The notes beneath the pieces are model-generated. The model was not told where the DNA came from and made no database searches. It was given only the letters and a program-made list of their open reading frames with translations. Shown here in pieces: positions 19,201 to 30,000 of a stretch of DNA of 64,000 nucleotides. The translations under genes and the position numbers were made by a program. The DNA is taken from positions 1 through 64,000 of the forward strand of contig NIVC01000708.1 of assembly GCA_002269645.1 (NCBI GenBank), given 5' to 3'. Each line of letters opens with the position of its first letter. Position 1 is the stretch's first letter. This DNA is from Macrostomum lignano. Taxonomy: Eukaryota.

Positions 19201-22200
19201 ACCATAGTCGGTGTGGCCCAGCTGTGCAATAAAATCAAAGCCGCGCATTTCTCCACCTTTGACGAAGATTTGGCCAGGGCCTTCTCCGTGTACTGCTGCA
19301 TCGCCATCATTCACGTGAGTCTGGACTGCGGCTGAGGATGCAGTGTGAATACTGAGTGATTGCAGAGTGGCAGGCGTGAATGCAGAGGAACGCGTGTGAA
19401 ATCCAAGCTAGCTGCGTGAATCTAGGGGTGCGAATTTTAAGCTTGGGGCGTGAATGCTAAGCTAGGGGCGTGAATGCTAAGCTAGGAGCGTGAATGATAA
19501 GCAGGGGTGTGAATTCTAATCAAGGGTGTGAATGCTAAGCTAGATGCGTGAATGCTAAGCAGAGGCGTGAATGCTAAGCAAGGTGTTTGAATGCTAAGCT
19601 AGGTGTGTGAATGCTAAGCTAGGTGTGTGAACGCTAAGCTAGGTGTGTGAATGCTAAGCAGAGGCGTGAATGCTAAGCTAGGTGTGTGAATGCTAAGCTG
19701 GGTGTGTGAATGCTAAGCAGAGGCGTGAATGCTAAGCTAGGTGTGTGAATGCTAAGCTGCGTGTGTGAATGCTAAACAGAGGCGTGAATGCTAAGCTAGG
19801 TGTGTGAATGCTAAGCTAGGTGTGTGAACGCTAAGCTAGGTGTGTGAATGCTAAGCTAGGTGTGTGAACGCTAAGCTAGGTGTGTGAATGCTAAGCTAGG
19901 TGTGTGAATGCTAAGCTAGGTGTGTGAATGCTAGATGTGTGAACGCTAAACATTCACGTGTGACAGCAGCGGCGCAGATTAAACGGGTGCTGAACTGCCG
20001 CCCGCTCTCCGCAGTCGCTGATGTACAAGAGGGTGCAGGCGGCCCAGGCCCGGCACCAGCTGGCCACCGAGCTGATGACCTACCACATGCACGTGCCCGA
20101 GCGCGCGGTGTACGACCTGGCGAACGCTGCCGTGCGACGGCTTGACGAATTCTGCCCGCACTTCGACCAGTTCGTGTCGGTGCCCCGGGACATTGTGGAG
20201 GCCGACAGCTGCTCAGCGGTCGTGCAGATGTTTGACGACCTCAAGCTCACCAAAACCTGGCGCATCCGCCGCACCACCCTGGCTCGCTTTGTGCTGCTGG
20301 CCAGGAAGGGATACAGGTTGGGGAAGTGGGCTGGGATTTGGGATCCTATTGTGGGATCTTTGATGCATGGGATTTGGGATTTCATTGTGGGATCTTTGAT
20401 AAATGGGATTTGCGATTTCATTCTGGGATCTTTGATATATGGGATTTGGGATTTCATTGTAGGATTCGAGATTTTATTGTGGGATTTGCGATTTCATTTT
20501 GGGATTTCGGATTTGATTGTGGGATTTGGGATTTCATTGTGGGATTTGATTTGAATGTGGGATTTGGGATTTCATTGTGGGGTTCGGGATTTGATTGTAG
20601 GATTTGGGATTTGGGATTTTATTGTAGGATTTGGGATTTCATTGTGGGATCATAGGTGCATGGGATTTGGGCTGCCAATGTCTCTGGTGATCCTGCACCC
20701 GAACCGCACTCCGCAGGGACCCGCCCTACCACAACTGGTCTCACGCATTCTCCGTGGCGCACTTCACCTACCTGTGCCTGAAGAACCTGCGACTGGACAA
20801 GTGCCTGACCCCGCTGGAGTACTTCTCTTTTCTGGTGGCCTCGCTCTGTCACGACATTGACCACCGCGGCACCAACAACTCCTTTGAGAACTCGAGCGGC
20901 TCGGCTCTATCGGGCCTGTACAGCTCCGAGGGCTCGGTGCTGGAGCGCCACCACTTCTCCCAGACTGTGTGTATCCTCAACAGGGAGGGCTGCAATGTGT
21001 TCGAGAATTTGTCTGAGAAGGTGAGCGATTCTCTTTGCTATCTGTTTACTTGACTAGCTCGTACTCCAGCTTAGTGTTCTGAAATCCAGCTTAGTGTCCT
21101 GAAGTCCAGTTTAGTATCCTGAAGTTCAGCTTAGTGTCCTGAAATCCAGCTTAGTGTCCTGAAATCCAGCTTAGTGTCCTGAAGTCCAGTTTAGTATCCT
21201 GAAGTTCAGCTTAGTGTCCTGAAATCCAGTTTAGTGTCCTGAAGTCCAGTTTAGTGTCCTGAAGTCCAGTTTAGTGTCCTGAAATCCAGCTTAGTGTCCT
21301 GAAGTCCAGTTTAGTGTCCTGAAGTCCAGTTTAGTGTCCTGAAATCCAGCTTAGTGTCCTGAAGTCCAGTTTAGTGTCCTGAAATCCAGCTTAGTGTCCT
21401 GAAGTCCAGTTTAGTATCCTGAAGTTCAGCTTAGTGTCCTGAAATCCAGCTTAGTGTCCTGAAATCCAGCTTAGTGTCCTGAAGTCCAGTTTAGTATCCT
21501 GAAGTTCAGCTTAGTGTCCTGAAATCCAGTTTAGTGTCCTGAAGTCCAGTTTAGTGTCCTGAAGTCCAGTTTAGTGTCCTGAAATCCAGCTTAGTGTCCT
21601 GAAGTCCAGTTTAGTGTCCTGAAGTCCAGTTTAGTGTCCTGAAATCCAGCTTAGTGTCCTGAAGTCCAGTTTAGTGTCCTGAAATCCAGCTTAGTGTCCT
21701 GAAGTCCAGTTTAGTATCCTGAAGTTCAGCTTAGTGTCCTGAAATCCAGCTTAGTGTCCTGAAATCCAGCTTAGTGTCCTGAAGTCCAGTTTAGTATCCT
21801 GAAGTTCAGCTTAGTGTCCTGAAATCCAGTTTAGTGTCCTGAAGTCCAGTTTAGTGTCCTGAAGTCCAGTTTAGTGTCCTGAAATCCAGCTTAGTGTCCT
21901 GAAGTCCAGTTTAGTGTCCTGAAGTCCAGTTTAGTGTCCTGAAATCCAGCTTAGTGTCCTGAAGTCCAGTTTAGTGTCCTGAAATCCAGCTTAGTGTCCT
22001 GAAGTCCAGTTTAGTATCCTGAAGTTCAGCTTAGTGTCCTGAAATCCAGCTTAGTGTCCTGAAATCCAGCTTAGTGTCCTGAAGTCCAGTTTAGTATCCT
22101 GAAGTTCAGCTTAGTGTCCTGAAATCCAGTTTAGTGTCCTGAAGTCCAGTTTAGTGTCCTGAAGTCCAGTTTAGTGTCCTGAAATCCAGCTTAGTGTCCT

Positions 22201-23899
22201 GAAGTCCAGTTTAGTGTCCTGAAGTCCAGTTTAGTGTCCTGAAATCCAGCTTAGTGTCCTGAAGTCCAGTTTAGTGTCCTGAAATCCAGCTTAGTGTCCT
22301 GAAGTCCAGTTTAGTGTCCTGAAGTCCATTTTAGTGTCATGAAGTCTAGTTTAGTGTTCTGAAGTCCATTTTAGTGTCCTGAAGCCTAGTTTAGTGTCCT
22401 GAAGTCCATTTTAGTGTCCTGAAGTCTAGTTTAGTGTTCTGAAGTCCATTTTAGTGTCCTGAAGTCCAGTTTAGTGTCCTGAAGTCCATTTTAGTGTCCT
22501 GAAGTCCAGTTTAGTGTCCTGAAATCCAGCTTAGTGTCCTGAAGTCCAGTTTAGTGTCCTGAAGTCCATTTTAGTGTCCTGAAGTCTAGTTTAGTGTTCT
22601 GAAGTCCAGTTTAGTATCCTGAAGTTCAGTTTTGTCCTGAAGTCCAGCTTGGCTTACTGAAGTCCAGCTTGGCTTACTGAAGTCCAGCTTGGCTTACTGA
22701 AGTCCAGCTTCAAGATTGCACAGTTGGCAGTGATCAGCTGGAGTGCCGCCCCTCCCCTCAGGAGTACTCAGCCGTGCTGGACATCATCCGTGACATCATC
22801 CTGGCCACGGACCTGGCGCACCACTTGAAAATCAAGTCTGAAATCGATGCGGTGGCTGAGTCGGGCCCGGACTGGTCCAAGCAGCAGCACCGCTACCTCA
22901 TGCTCTGCCTGCTCATGACCGCCTCGGACCTCAGCGACCAGACCAAGGTGTGGAAGAACACCAGGCAGGTTGCTAAGCTCATCTATCAGGAGTTCTTCAG
23001 CCTTGGTGACAAAGAGAAATCGCTGGGCAAGCAGCCGGCGGAGGGCATGGACAGGGACAAGGCGGACATCCCGCAGCTGCAGGTCAACTTCCTGAACATA
23101 ATCGCGGCTCCGGTCTACAAGTGAGTGGCTAAAATTTTGTAAAATGCTACTATCAATAGCTGAATAGAATTTTTGCACCAATGCTCGCGTTTTCAATCAA
23201 GTCTACTGTAAGTAGTAGGTATCATACCAGGTAAAAAAATTGTTGCTTAAAAACATTTTCTAAGGTCCTATTTGTAGGCTAATAGAGTTGTTCTAAATTC
23301 GATATGCGATTCTAATTCATAAAGTGACTCAGATGCGCTTTAGACGCAACTCGGTGATTCTGCAGCGACTCCAGCACGCCTCAGATACGATTCTACGGCC
23401 CCAGAGTCGGTTCTGGGTCGCAGACGATAAAACGTCTCAAATTCACTCTTAGGCGACGACTTTTTGACGACTTTGTGGCGACCTGTACCGTGACAGCTTG
23501 TCATTTTTTTATTTTACCTGTGCTACCTGCAACCACTCTGGTTTAATTTAGTAATGACAACAGATTTTAGTAATGTGTAGATAAGCTTTTATTTTCCTGA
23601 CAGATGTACAAGAATATCTGAAGAGTGTCCGAACATCTTTATAGGACTTATTTCATAATTTTCCTAACTTGCTTACTGTTAGTAGAGTAGTCAGTAAGAT
23701 TGCTCACCTGTGCGTCTCTCAACTCGCGTCCCGCAGAGCCATGGTGAAGGTGTGGCCAGCCCAGTGCTCTGTGCTCACCAGCCAGATCGACCGCAACGTC
23801 AGCAACTGGCGAATCATCGGCCAGAAGCTGAGCAGCGGCGAGGTGCAACGCTGCGACGCGACCATCTTCGAGTCCCGCCTGGTGCCAGACGATGAGTGA
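9947..23899 (+). CDS. PDE2: cGMP-stimulated 3',5'-cyclic nucleotide phosphodiesterase 2 (GAF-A, GAF-B and catalytic domain exons)
   Basis: Phase-consistent GT-AG exons: 9947-10121 (...[10 protein letters not shown]), 10633-10685 ([17 protein letters not shown]), 10777-10851, 11648-11689 ([14 protein letters not shown]), 13541-13609, 14157-14293 ([24 protein letters not shown]), 14394-14505 ([18 protein letters not shown]), 14608-14711 ([10 protein letters not shown]...EARNL), 15519-15606 ([17 protein letters not shown]), 18211-18271 ([15 protein letters not shown]), 18546-18627, 19164-19314 (NILCFPI...CNK...FDE), 20015-20316, 20717-21020 ([36 protein letters not shown]), 22762-23120 ([28 protein letters not shown]), 23737-23899 (stop). 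Motifs are collinear with vertebrate PDE2A as recalled. Confidence 0.93.
10165..10492. repeat. 25-bp minisatellite (GAGCGATTATCCAGGTGTGGGCTAT)
   Basis: Directly visible. Confidence 0.9.
10870..11520. repeat. ~38-45-bp purine-rich minisatellite (GGAATGTACACTCTCTG..GGATAGGGAGAG..)
   Basis: Directly visible; a 130-bp block recurs at 11221 and 11351. Confidence 0.9.
11905..12572. repeat. 21-bp minisatellite (TCTACTCTTTGAATCTACTTG)
   Basis: Directly visible. Confidence 0.95.
13665..14152. repeat. ~18-bp minisatellite (ACCCCTATTCACACACAA)
   Basis: Runs up to the acceptor at 14156. Confidence 0.9.
14745..15450. repeat. 15-bp purine minisatellite (GGGGAGGAACAGAGA)
   Basis: Fills the intron 14712-15518. 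Confidence 0.9.
15800..16535. repeat. ~30-bp minisatellite (CAGTCTTTGATGAGCCGCCACACCCCCACG)
   Basis: Directly visible. Confidence 0.95.
16820..16864 (+). CDS. Candidate 45-nt in-frame cassette exon in PDE2 GAF-B ([15 protein letters not shown])
   Basis: Pyrimidine tract CCGCCTTCCCCTTCTGCTCAG before it, GAG|GTGCAC after it, no stop, phase 0-0, matching flanking exons ending 15606 and starting 18211. Confidence 0.4.
17300..18046. repeat. 14-bp minisatellite (GATGCTGGTGGATA)
   Basis: Directly visible. Confidence 0.95.
18710..19128. repeat. 16-bp minisatellite (CCATTCAACCACCACC)
   Basis: Directly visible. Confidence 0.85.
19370..19952. repeat. 20-bp minisatellite (GTGTGAATGCTAAGCTAGGT)
   Basis: Directly visible. 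Confidence 0.9.
20320..20670. repeat. Degenerate GGGATTT-based repeat
   Basis: Fills the intron 20317-20716. Confidence 0.8.
21065..22710. repeat. 20-bp minisatellite (TTAGTGTCCTGAAGTCCAGT) with a 300-bp higher-order unit
   Basis: Sequence lines starting 21121, 21421, 21721 and 22021 are identical, as are the following lines. Confidence 0.95.
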
Positions 23900-24589
23900 C
23901 TGACGTACAACCCGCGGAGCTGCTCATAAATCCTTCAGCAGCTGGTTAACCCCCCCCCCCTTAGTAACACTCACTGATTCGAAGTCTCGTGCTAGGCTAG
24001 GTCTTTAATACTATTGTTTAATTATAGTTTATATAAATATACTATTATCATTATTACCCTACCTGCTATCCTGTGCGACACTCCTGTCCGTGTGCAAAAT
24101 CGGGGCTCTATTAGGGTTTCATTTTGACCCATCTCTGGTCTCTCCCTGTGCTTCCTGGGCCGTGGGCTTTTGCGGACTGCATGTACGCGATAAAACACCT
24201 GTTCAATCCGCATCTCAAGCTGTCCCTGGCTGACAACAGCTTGCGGACTCTCTGTGTGTGTGTGTGTACTCAAAGTTCTATAGCACTCATTCTGTTAAAC
24301 CACCGCTATTCAATACTTGATTGTTTATAGTGTCTCTTTGTTTCAAATTTGGATTCTTTTTTTATTATTGTAGAAACAGTGATAGTTAATATTTATCACA
24401 TATTATTTGTGCGTGAAAGAGGTTTTTATTTTATTTTTTACTTGTACTTTTGTCTTTTAATTTGTTCGTTTCAATTGCACTTTTGCGTTAGACGAATATT
24501 TTTATCGCTAATCTCGTCCCGTTTGATTGCAGCTTCTAATTTCAGCTAACCTTATTGGTTTTGGGATTTTGATTGCACTCCTGTCTCTC

Positions 24590-24890
24590 CCCATCTCTGC
24601 CCACCTCTCAGCATCTCTGCCCACCTCTCAGAATCTCTGTCCACCTCTCAGCATCTCTGCCCACCTCTCAGCATCTCTGTTCACCTCTCAGCATCTCTGT
24701 CCACCTCTCAGCATCTCTGTCCACCTCTCAGCATCTCTGCCCACCTCTCAGCATCTCTGTCCACCTCTCAGCATCTCTGTCCACCTCTCAGCATCTCTGC
24801 CCACCTCTCAGCATCTCTGCCCACCTCTCAGCATCTCTGTTCACCTCTCAGCATCTCTGCCCACCTCTCAGCATCTCTGTCCACCTCTCA
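24590..24890. repeat. 20-bp minisatellite (CCACCTCTCAGCATCTCTGC)
   Basis: Directly visible. Confidence 0.9.
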
Positions 24891-25279
24891 CCATTTCTGT
24901 TCGCCTCTTCCCATCTGTGTCCACCTCCAAGAAAGCAGCTATCTTATTGCCAGCAGCAAACTCAGCACCCGCTGCGCTCACCAGACCTGTTTTGTCAGTT
25001 CATTCGCTTGCTGTCCCCCACGCCGCATGTTCGTAAATCTGTGTTTTATCTGAATAAATTTTAATTTAAATAAATAGAAAGGAGTCTGTTTTGCAAGTCA
25101 ACTATTGATTGATCGGTTAATTGTTTGTTATAATATAATTACAAATTCGGCGACTTTGAGCAATTGAGTCCTAGAGTCAATTAATTCTTTGCACCTCATC
25201 AGAACTCGTTTTCTGCTACATAACATTGCTACAGCAAAATCTCTATCGATGAAGTGGCCTGTAAGGCTTAACTTGACAG

Positions 25280-26178
25280 TTCTCTGACACTCTTTGAGCT
25301 CGTCCTTCAACCATTTTGTGACACTCTTTGAGCTCGTCCTACAACCGTTCTCTGACACTCTTTGAGCTCGTCCTACAACTGTTCTCTGACACTCTTTGAG
25401 CTCGTCCTACAACCATTCTCTGACACTCTGAGCTCGTCTTACAACCGTTCTCTGACACTCTTTGAGCTCGTCCTACAATCGTTCTCTGACACTCTTCGAG
25501 CTCGTCCTTCAACCATTTTGTGACACTCTTTGAGCTCGTCCTACAACCGTTCTCTGACACTCTTTGAGCTCGTCCTACAACTGTTCTCTGACACTCTTTG
25601 AGCTCGTCCTACAACCATTCTCTGACACTCTGAGCTCGTCTTACAACTGTTCTCTGACACTCTTTGAGCTCGTCCTACAATCGTTCTCTGACACTCTTCG
25701 AGCTCGTCCTTCAACCATTTTGTGACACTCTTTGAGCTCGTCCTACAACCGTTCTCTGACACTCTTTGAGCTCGTCCTACAACTGTTCTCTGACACTCTT
25801 TGAGCTCGTCCTACAACCATTCTCTGACACTCTGAGCTCGTCTTACAACCGTTCTCTGACACTCTTTGAGCTCGTCCTACAATCGTTCTCTGACACTCTT
25901 CGAGCTCGTCCTACAACGATTCTCTGACACTCTGAGCCCGTCCTACAACCGTTCTCTGACACTCTTTGAGCTCGTCCTACAACCATTCTCTGACACTCTG
26001 AGCTCGTCCTACAACCGTTCTCTGACACTCTTCGAGCTCGTCCTACAACGATTCTCTGACACTCTGAGCCCGTCCTACAACCGTTCTCTGACACTCTTTG
26101 AGCTCGTCCTACAATCGTTCTCTGACACTCTTTGAGCTCGTCCTACAACCATTTTGTGACACTCTTCGAGCTCGTCCT
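25280..26178. repeat. 34-bp minisatellite (CTCTGACACTCTTTGAGCTCGTCCTACAACCGTT) with a 202-bp higher-order unit
   Basis: Directly visible; near-identical ORFs at 25339 and 25541 reflect the 202-bp period. Confidence 0.9.
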
Positions 26179-26894
26179 GTTCTTAAACAATATTTTTTCA
26201 TGCCAGCCAGGCACCGCCGTCTAAAGTAAAGACATTGTAAAACAGTTGTTGCTATAAGATTCCGCTGAATGCTTAAGCAAAAAGAGCTTCGATTTTGACT
26301 GCAACCGGCGCCGTTTCCACTGCAGTTTCCTTCCCCAGCAGTCGAGGCGAAGGACATGCAGGACAGGACGACAGTGTGCAGCTACAACGGACCCATGCAG
26401 CGGGGAAGGCCTGACAAGAGTGCTGCAACCCAAAATGCGGTAGCTGCGCAGATGCTGGAGTCTTCAGTCTGGCTAGGAGGTCACTGTACGACTGAATGTT
26501 CATTGGCGCAATGCAAGCTGCGTCCCAATCTATTCGCTGCTTGAATCTGTGGCTTAAATGCCATGAAGCAGATCAGATCCAGTCAGAGAGAAAGAGGGGG
26601 CAGAAGCGCTATCAGCGACTATCGATTGCTGGCTTTCAGGAGGTGCGTGGGCTGCAGAGGGAGAGTTTCGAACGTTCCTAAGCGAAAGTTTTGCTCCTTG
26701 CCGGTGGTGCAAGGCAGAGAGAGGCTGCAGGCCTCCCGGGGGTCAAAGCGGAATTCTGGGACTGCTTGAATGGATGGCATTCGCTAAAGCCTGCTTCAGG
26801 TCCAACATTTTGGTGAACGGGCCCAACCCCCTCCTTTGGTACTCCCGACCTTCCTTTCAGCCCCCTCTGCTTCCCATTGCGGAGGATCGGCCGT

Positions 26895-26926
26895 TATAAA
26901 ATGCTGCATCCACAGGAACGCAGTTG
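26895..26926 (+). promoter_or_regulatory. Candidate TATA box and initiator for the long tropomyosin first exon
   Basis: TATAAAA at 26895-26901 and CAGTT at 26921-26925 (about 27 nt downstream), about 160 nt upstream of the ATG at 27082. Confidence 0.4.
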
Positions 26927-27081
26927 GCCCTCTCTACCTCTCAGTCTCCTGCAGTCGCTCCTGAAGCCCGTCTGTTCATCTCAGCCTTCGGATCGCATTT
27001 CAGCATTTTCGGTTCGGGTCTTCGAGAATCAACTCGTTTTTGTTTTAATTTATTCGACTAATTGAAAAAGTTTAACAAGAG

Positions 27082-30000
27082 ATGGACGCCATCAAGAAGA
27101 AGATGCTGGTGATGAAGCTAGAGAAGGAGAATGCCGTTGACGCGTACGTGGTTTGCATGTTATTTTTTGCTTTTGAATCGTTCCACCAAGACGCAATGAT
27201 GAACAACTGTATTTTATTTACAAAATCATTTCAGGGCCGATCAGCTGGAGACCAAGCTGAAGGAGAAGGAGGCTGAGATGGCCAAGAAGGAAGAGGAGAT
27301 GGGCGAGATGCAGAAGAAGTTCCAGCAGCTGCAGCAGGATCTCGACACCGCCCAGGAGTCCCTCACCACCACCAACACCAATTTGGAGGGAACAGAGAAG
27401 CGAGCCAGCGATGTAAGTCCATTATATGTATAATCATTTTTGTGATGTTAAAGCCTTTTACCAGTGGCAAAACCAAAACTAATTAGCTCATGCATGTCAA
27501 GGACTACTTAAGTAGAAGGACTGTACACTCCAAAATCGTTGAAAATTTTTTGAAGGCCAAATTTTGCAATTGTGCCATGTCTGAACGGATTGATGAATCG
27601 GGCAGATTTTTGCTCAGGATATACAGTTACATATGTGCTCTTTCGATTGCTGCATGGCCTTTTATTTATTCCCCCCAGAATACGAAAGAATTGACTTTTT
27701 AGTACAGTACCCCGTAGATTGCATGCCTTTCAATGCAAAATCTTGACTTCTTTTTGGCAGTGGAAAGCAACACACACCACGTTTATTAACCAGTAAAAAA
27801 GTAATGCTCATAGTCAGTTCAATTAGCTAACCTTTTGACCTCTGACTTCGAGTCAGTGTAAGAAACAAGATGATTTTAAGGTCAGTTTTTTGTGACAAAG
27901 AAGGGAACAAAAAGTAGTATATTTATGGAAGGCAATTGGAAACAAATGAATGCTGAAAAATGTAGAAACAAAGAACATAAACTCATCGTAAACATCACCG
28001 GAAACAATTGCATTTCATAGATCAGTAAAAATAATATTGCTTGAAAAAAACATCAAAACACAATGAATTCGAACGAAAATGAGTACACAGAAGCATTAAA
28101 TACAGTATCGTAAATTGATTAGGCAGATTACAAAACTTAAAGAACAGACTGCTTTGAAGAATATATTTACCTATTCAGGGATTCTGTCACAACTGGGACT
28201 GGGCCACCATAATCCAGTGCTGGGCGTTAACTAGTTAATTGTTTAACTAGTTAATTAACTAGTTAAATTTTTAAAAAAATCGTTAAATTTTCGTTAAATT
28301 TTTTATGTATTAACTAGTTAACAAAAATCGTTAATTTTTTTCTGAAGTTAAAGTTAAATGACAAAAGTTAATAATTCCGGGAAATGGAGTTCCCCGGGTT
28401 CAAAATCCGCGGGTTTCAACAGCTTGTATGCCATTAAAAAGTAAAATTAATACATACATAAAATAACTTCGCCTTTCTAAGCATTATTTAACGCGTCACA
28501 AACTACTATTACATGTATATATTTCAGTTACAAGTTATAATGTATAGAATATTCCGGAAGATTCTGGAATCTTCAACTATTATCTATTGATATTCTACCC
28601 AAGCACTACTATAAGTTATCGTTGTACATAGGGATGTCGATTCCCCGGGGAATTTTCTTATCGGGGACCCGGGGAATTTACTGTCATTCCCCGGGGACCC
28701 CGGGGAAAAAATAAGTAAAAAACGGCGGATAACTTAGATCTTTATAAGTCACTAAGTGGCATTTTTTAAACTTTGATTAAAGCTTTGGATGGACTACATG
28801 TTCAAGGCGCAAGGGTAAAAACTTTAAGCAATGTTTGTTTAAAACTGTATTTGACAATATGGCATCACCAAATCGTGCGCGCACCTTTATCAGAAAGGGT
28901 CCAGACTCCGGAGGCGGAAAATGCATACTCAGCAGCTGCACTCGTGGGAGGATAATTAATGAATGAGACTGTTTTTATAATCGAAATTTTAATTTCTTGC
29001 AGATACAAATAAATCACCATTTTGTCCTGTCTAATACGGAGTATTTTGTTATTGTATGATACCCCCTATGCGTCAGTGACTGACGCAGGATATGGCGCTG
29101 TGCCTGCGTCAAATGTGTCAAGCCGTCAACGCAGACCAACACAATAGTCAGTAAGGCTTCTTTTTCCTGATGGGTTTCTACGCTCGTACGTTCAATTTGC
29201 TTGATTGAAAGACTCATAGTGAAAAAAACATTCAAACGGGTCGCTAATTTCATAAGACCGAAATTTCACAACGCCAAAAATTCTGCATGCAATACAATCC
29301 TTATTGTAAAGTTTTCTACGATGTGAAATTTCGGTCTTATGAAGTTTCGGTCTTGTGAAGTATGGTGTTTCGGCGTTGTGAATTTTGGTCTTATGAACCC
29401 CCCCCATTCAAACGTGTGTTGTGTTTGAAATAATACATTGAAATAAGCAGTTTTGCGGTAAAAAAGCATAGACAGAGTTTCAATCAGCTTTCTGTGAATA
29501 ATTTTCTTATTTAAATGGCAAAAATTTAGTTAAAAATGCTTTTTTTCTCCCCGGGGTCCCCGGTCTAATTCCCAGGGGAGTATTCCCCGACAAGCTCCCC
29601 AGGGCGCCGCGACCTGGCCACAGCCGCGCCGCGCCGACCTGAAATTTAAAAAAACACGCCGAACACATGTCCGGGAAAATGTCACTTTTTCCGTTAGGGA
29701 ATTATTAACTTTAACTTTTAACTTTTCAGAAGTTAAATTTTGGGCAAAAGTTAAATAATTAACTAGTTACAGTTAATTTTTTTGGAGCAATTAAATTAAC
29801 TTTTTAACTTTTAACGAGTTAAAAAAATTGATTAACTTGCCCAGCACTGCCATAATCCCATCCCACCTTAAATTTTAGTCTCAACGAGTGGAACTCCTCG
29901 TAACACTAAACGTATAGTAATACTCAGTTTGCACTTAAGAAACTCAATTCAACGCAATAAATAGACGTTATAAAACACCAGAAAAGTCATTTATATAGTA

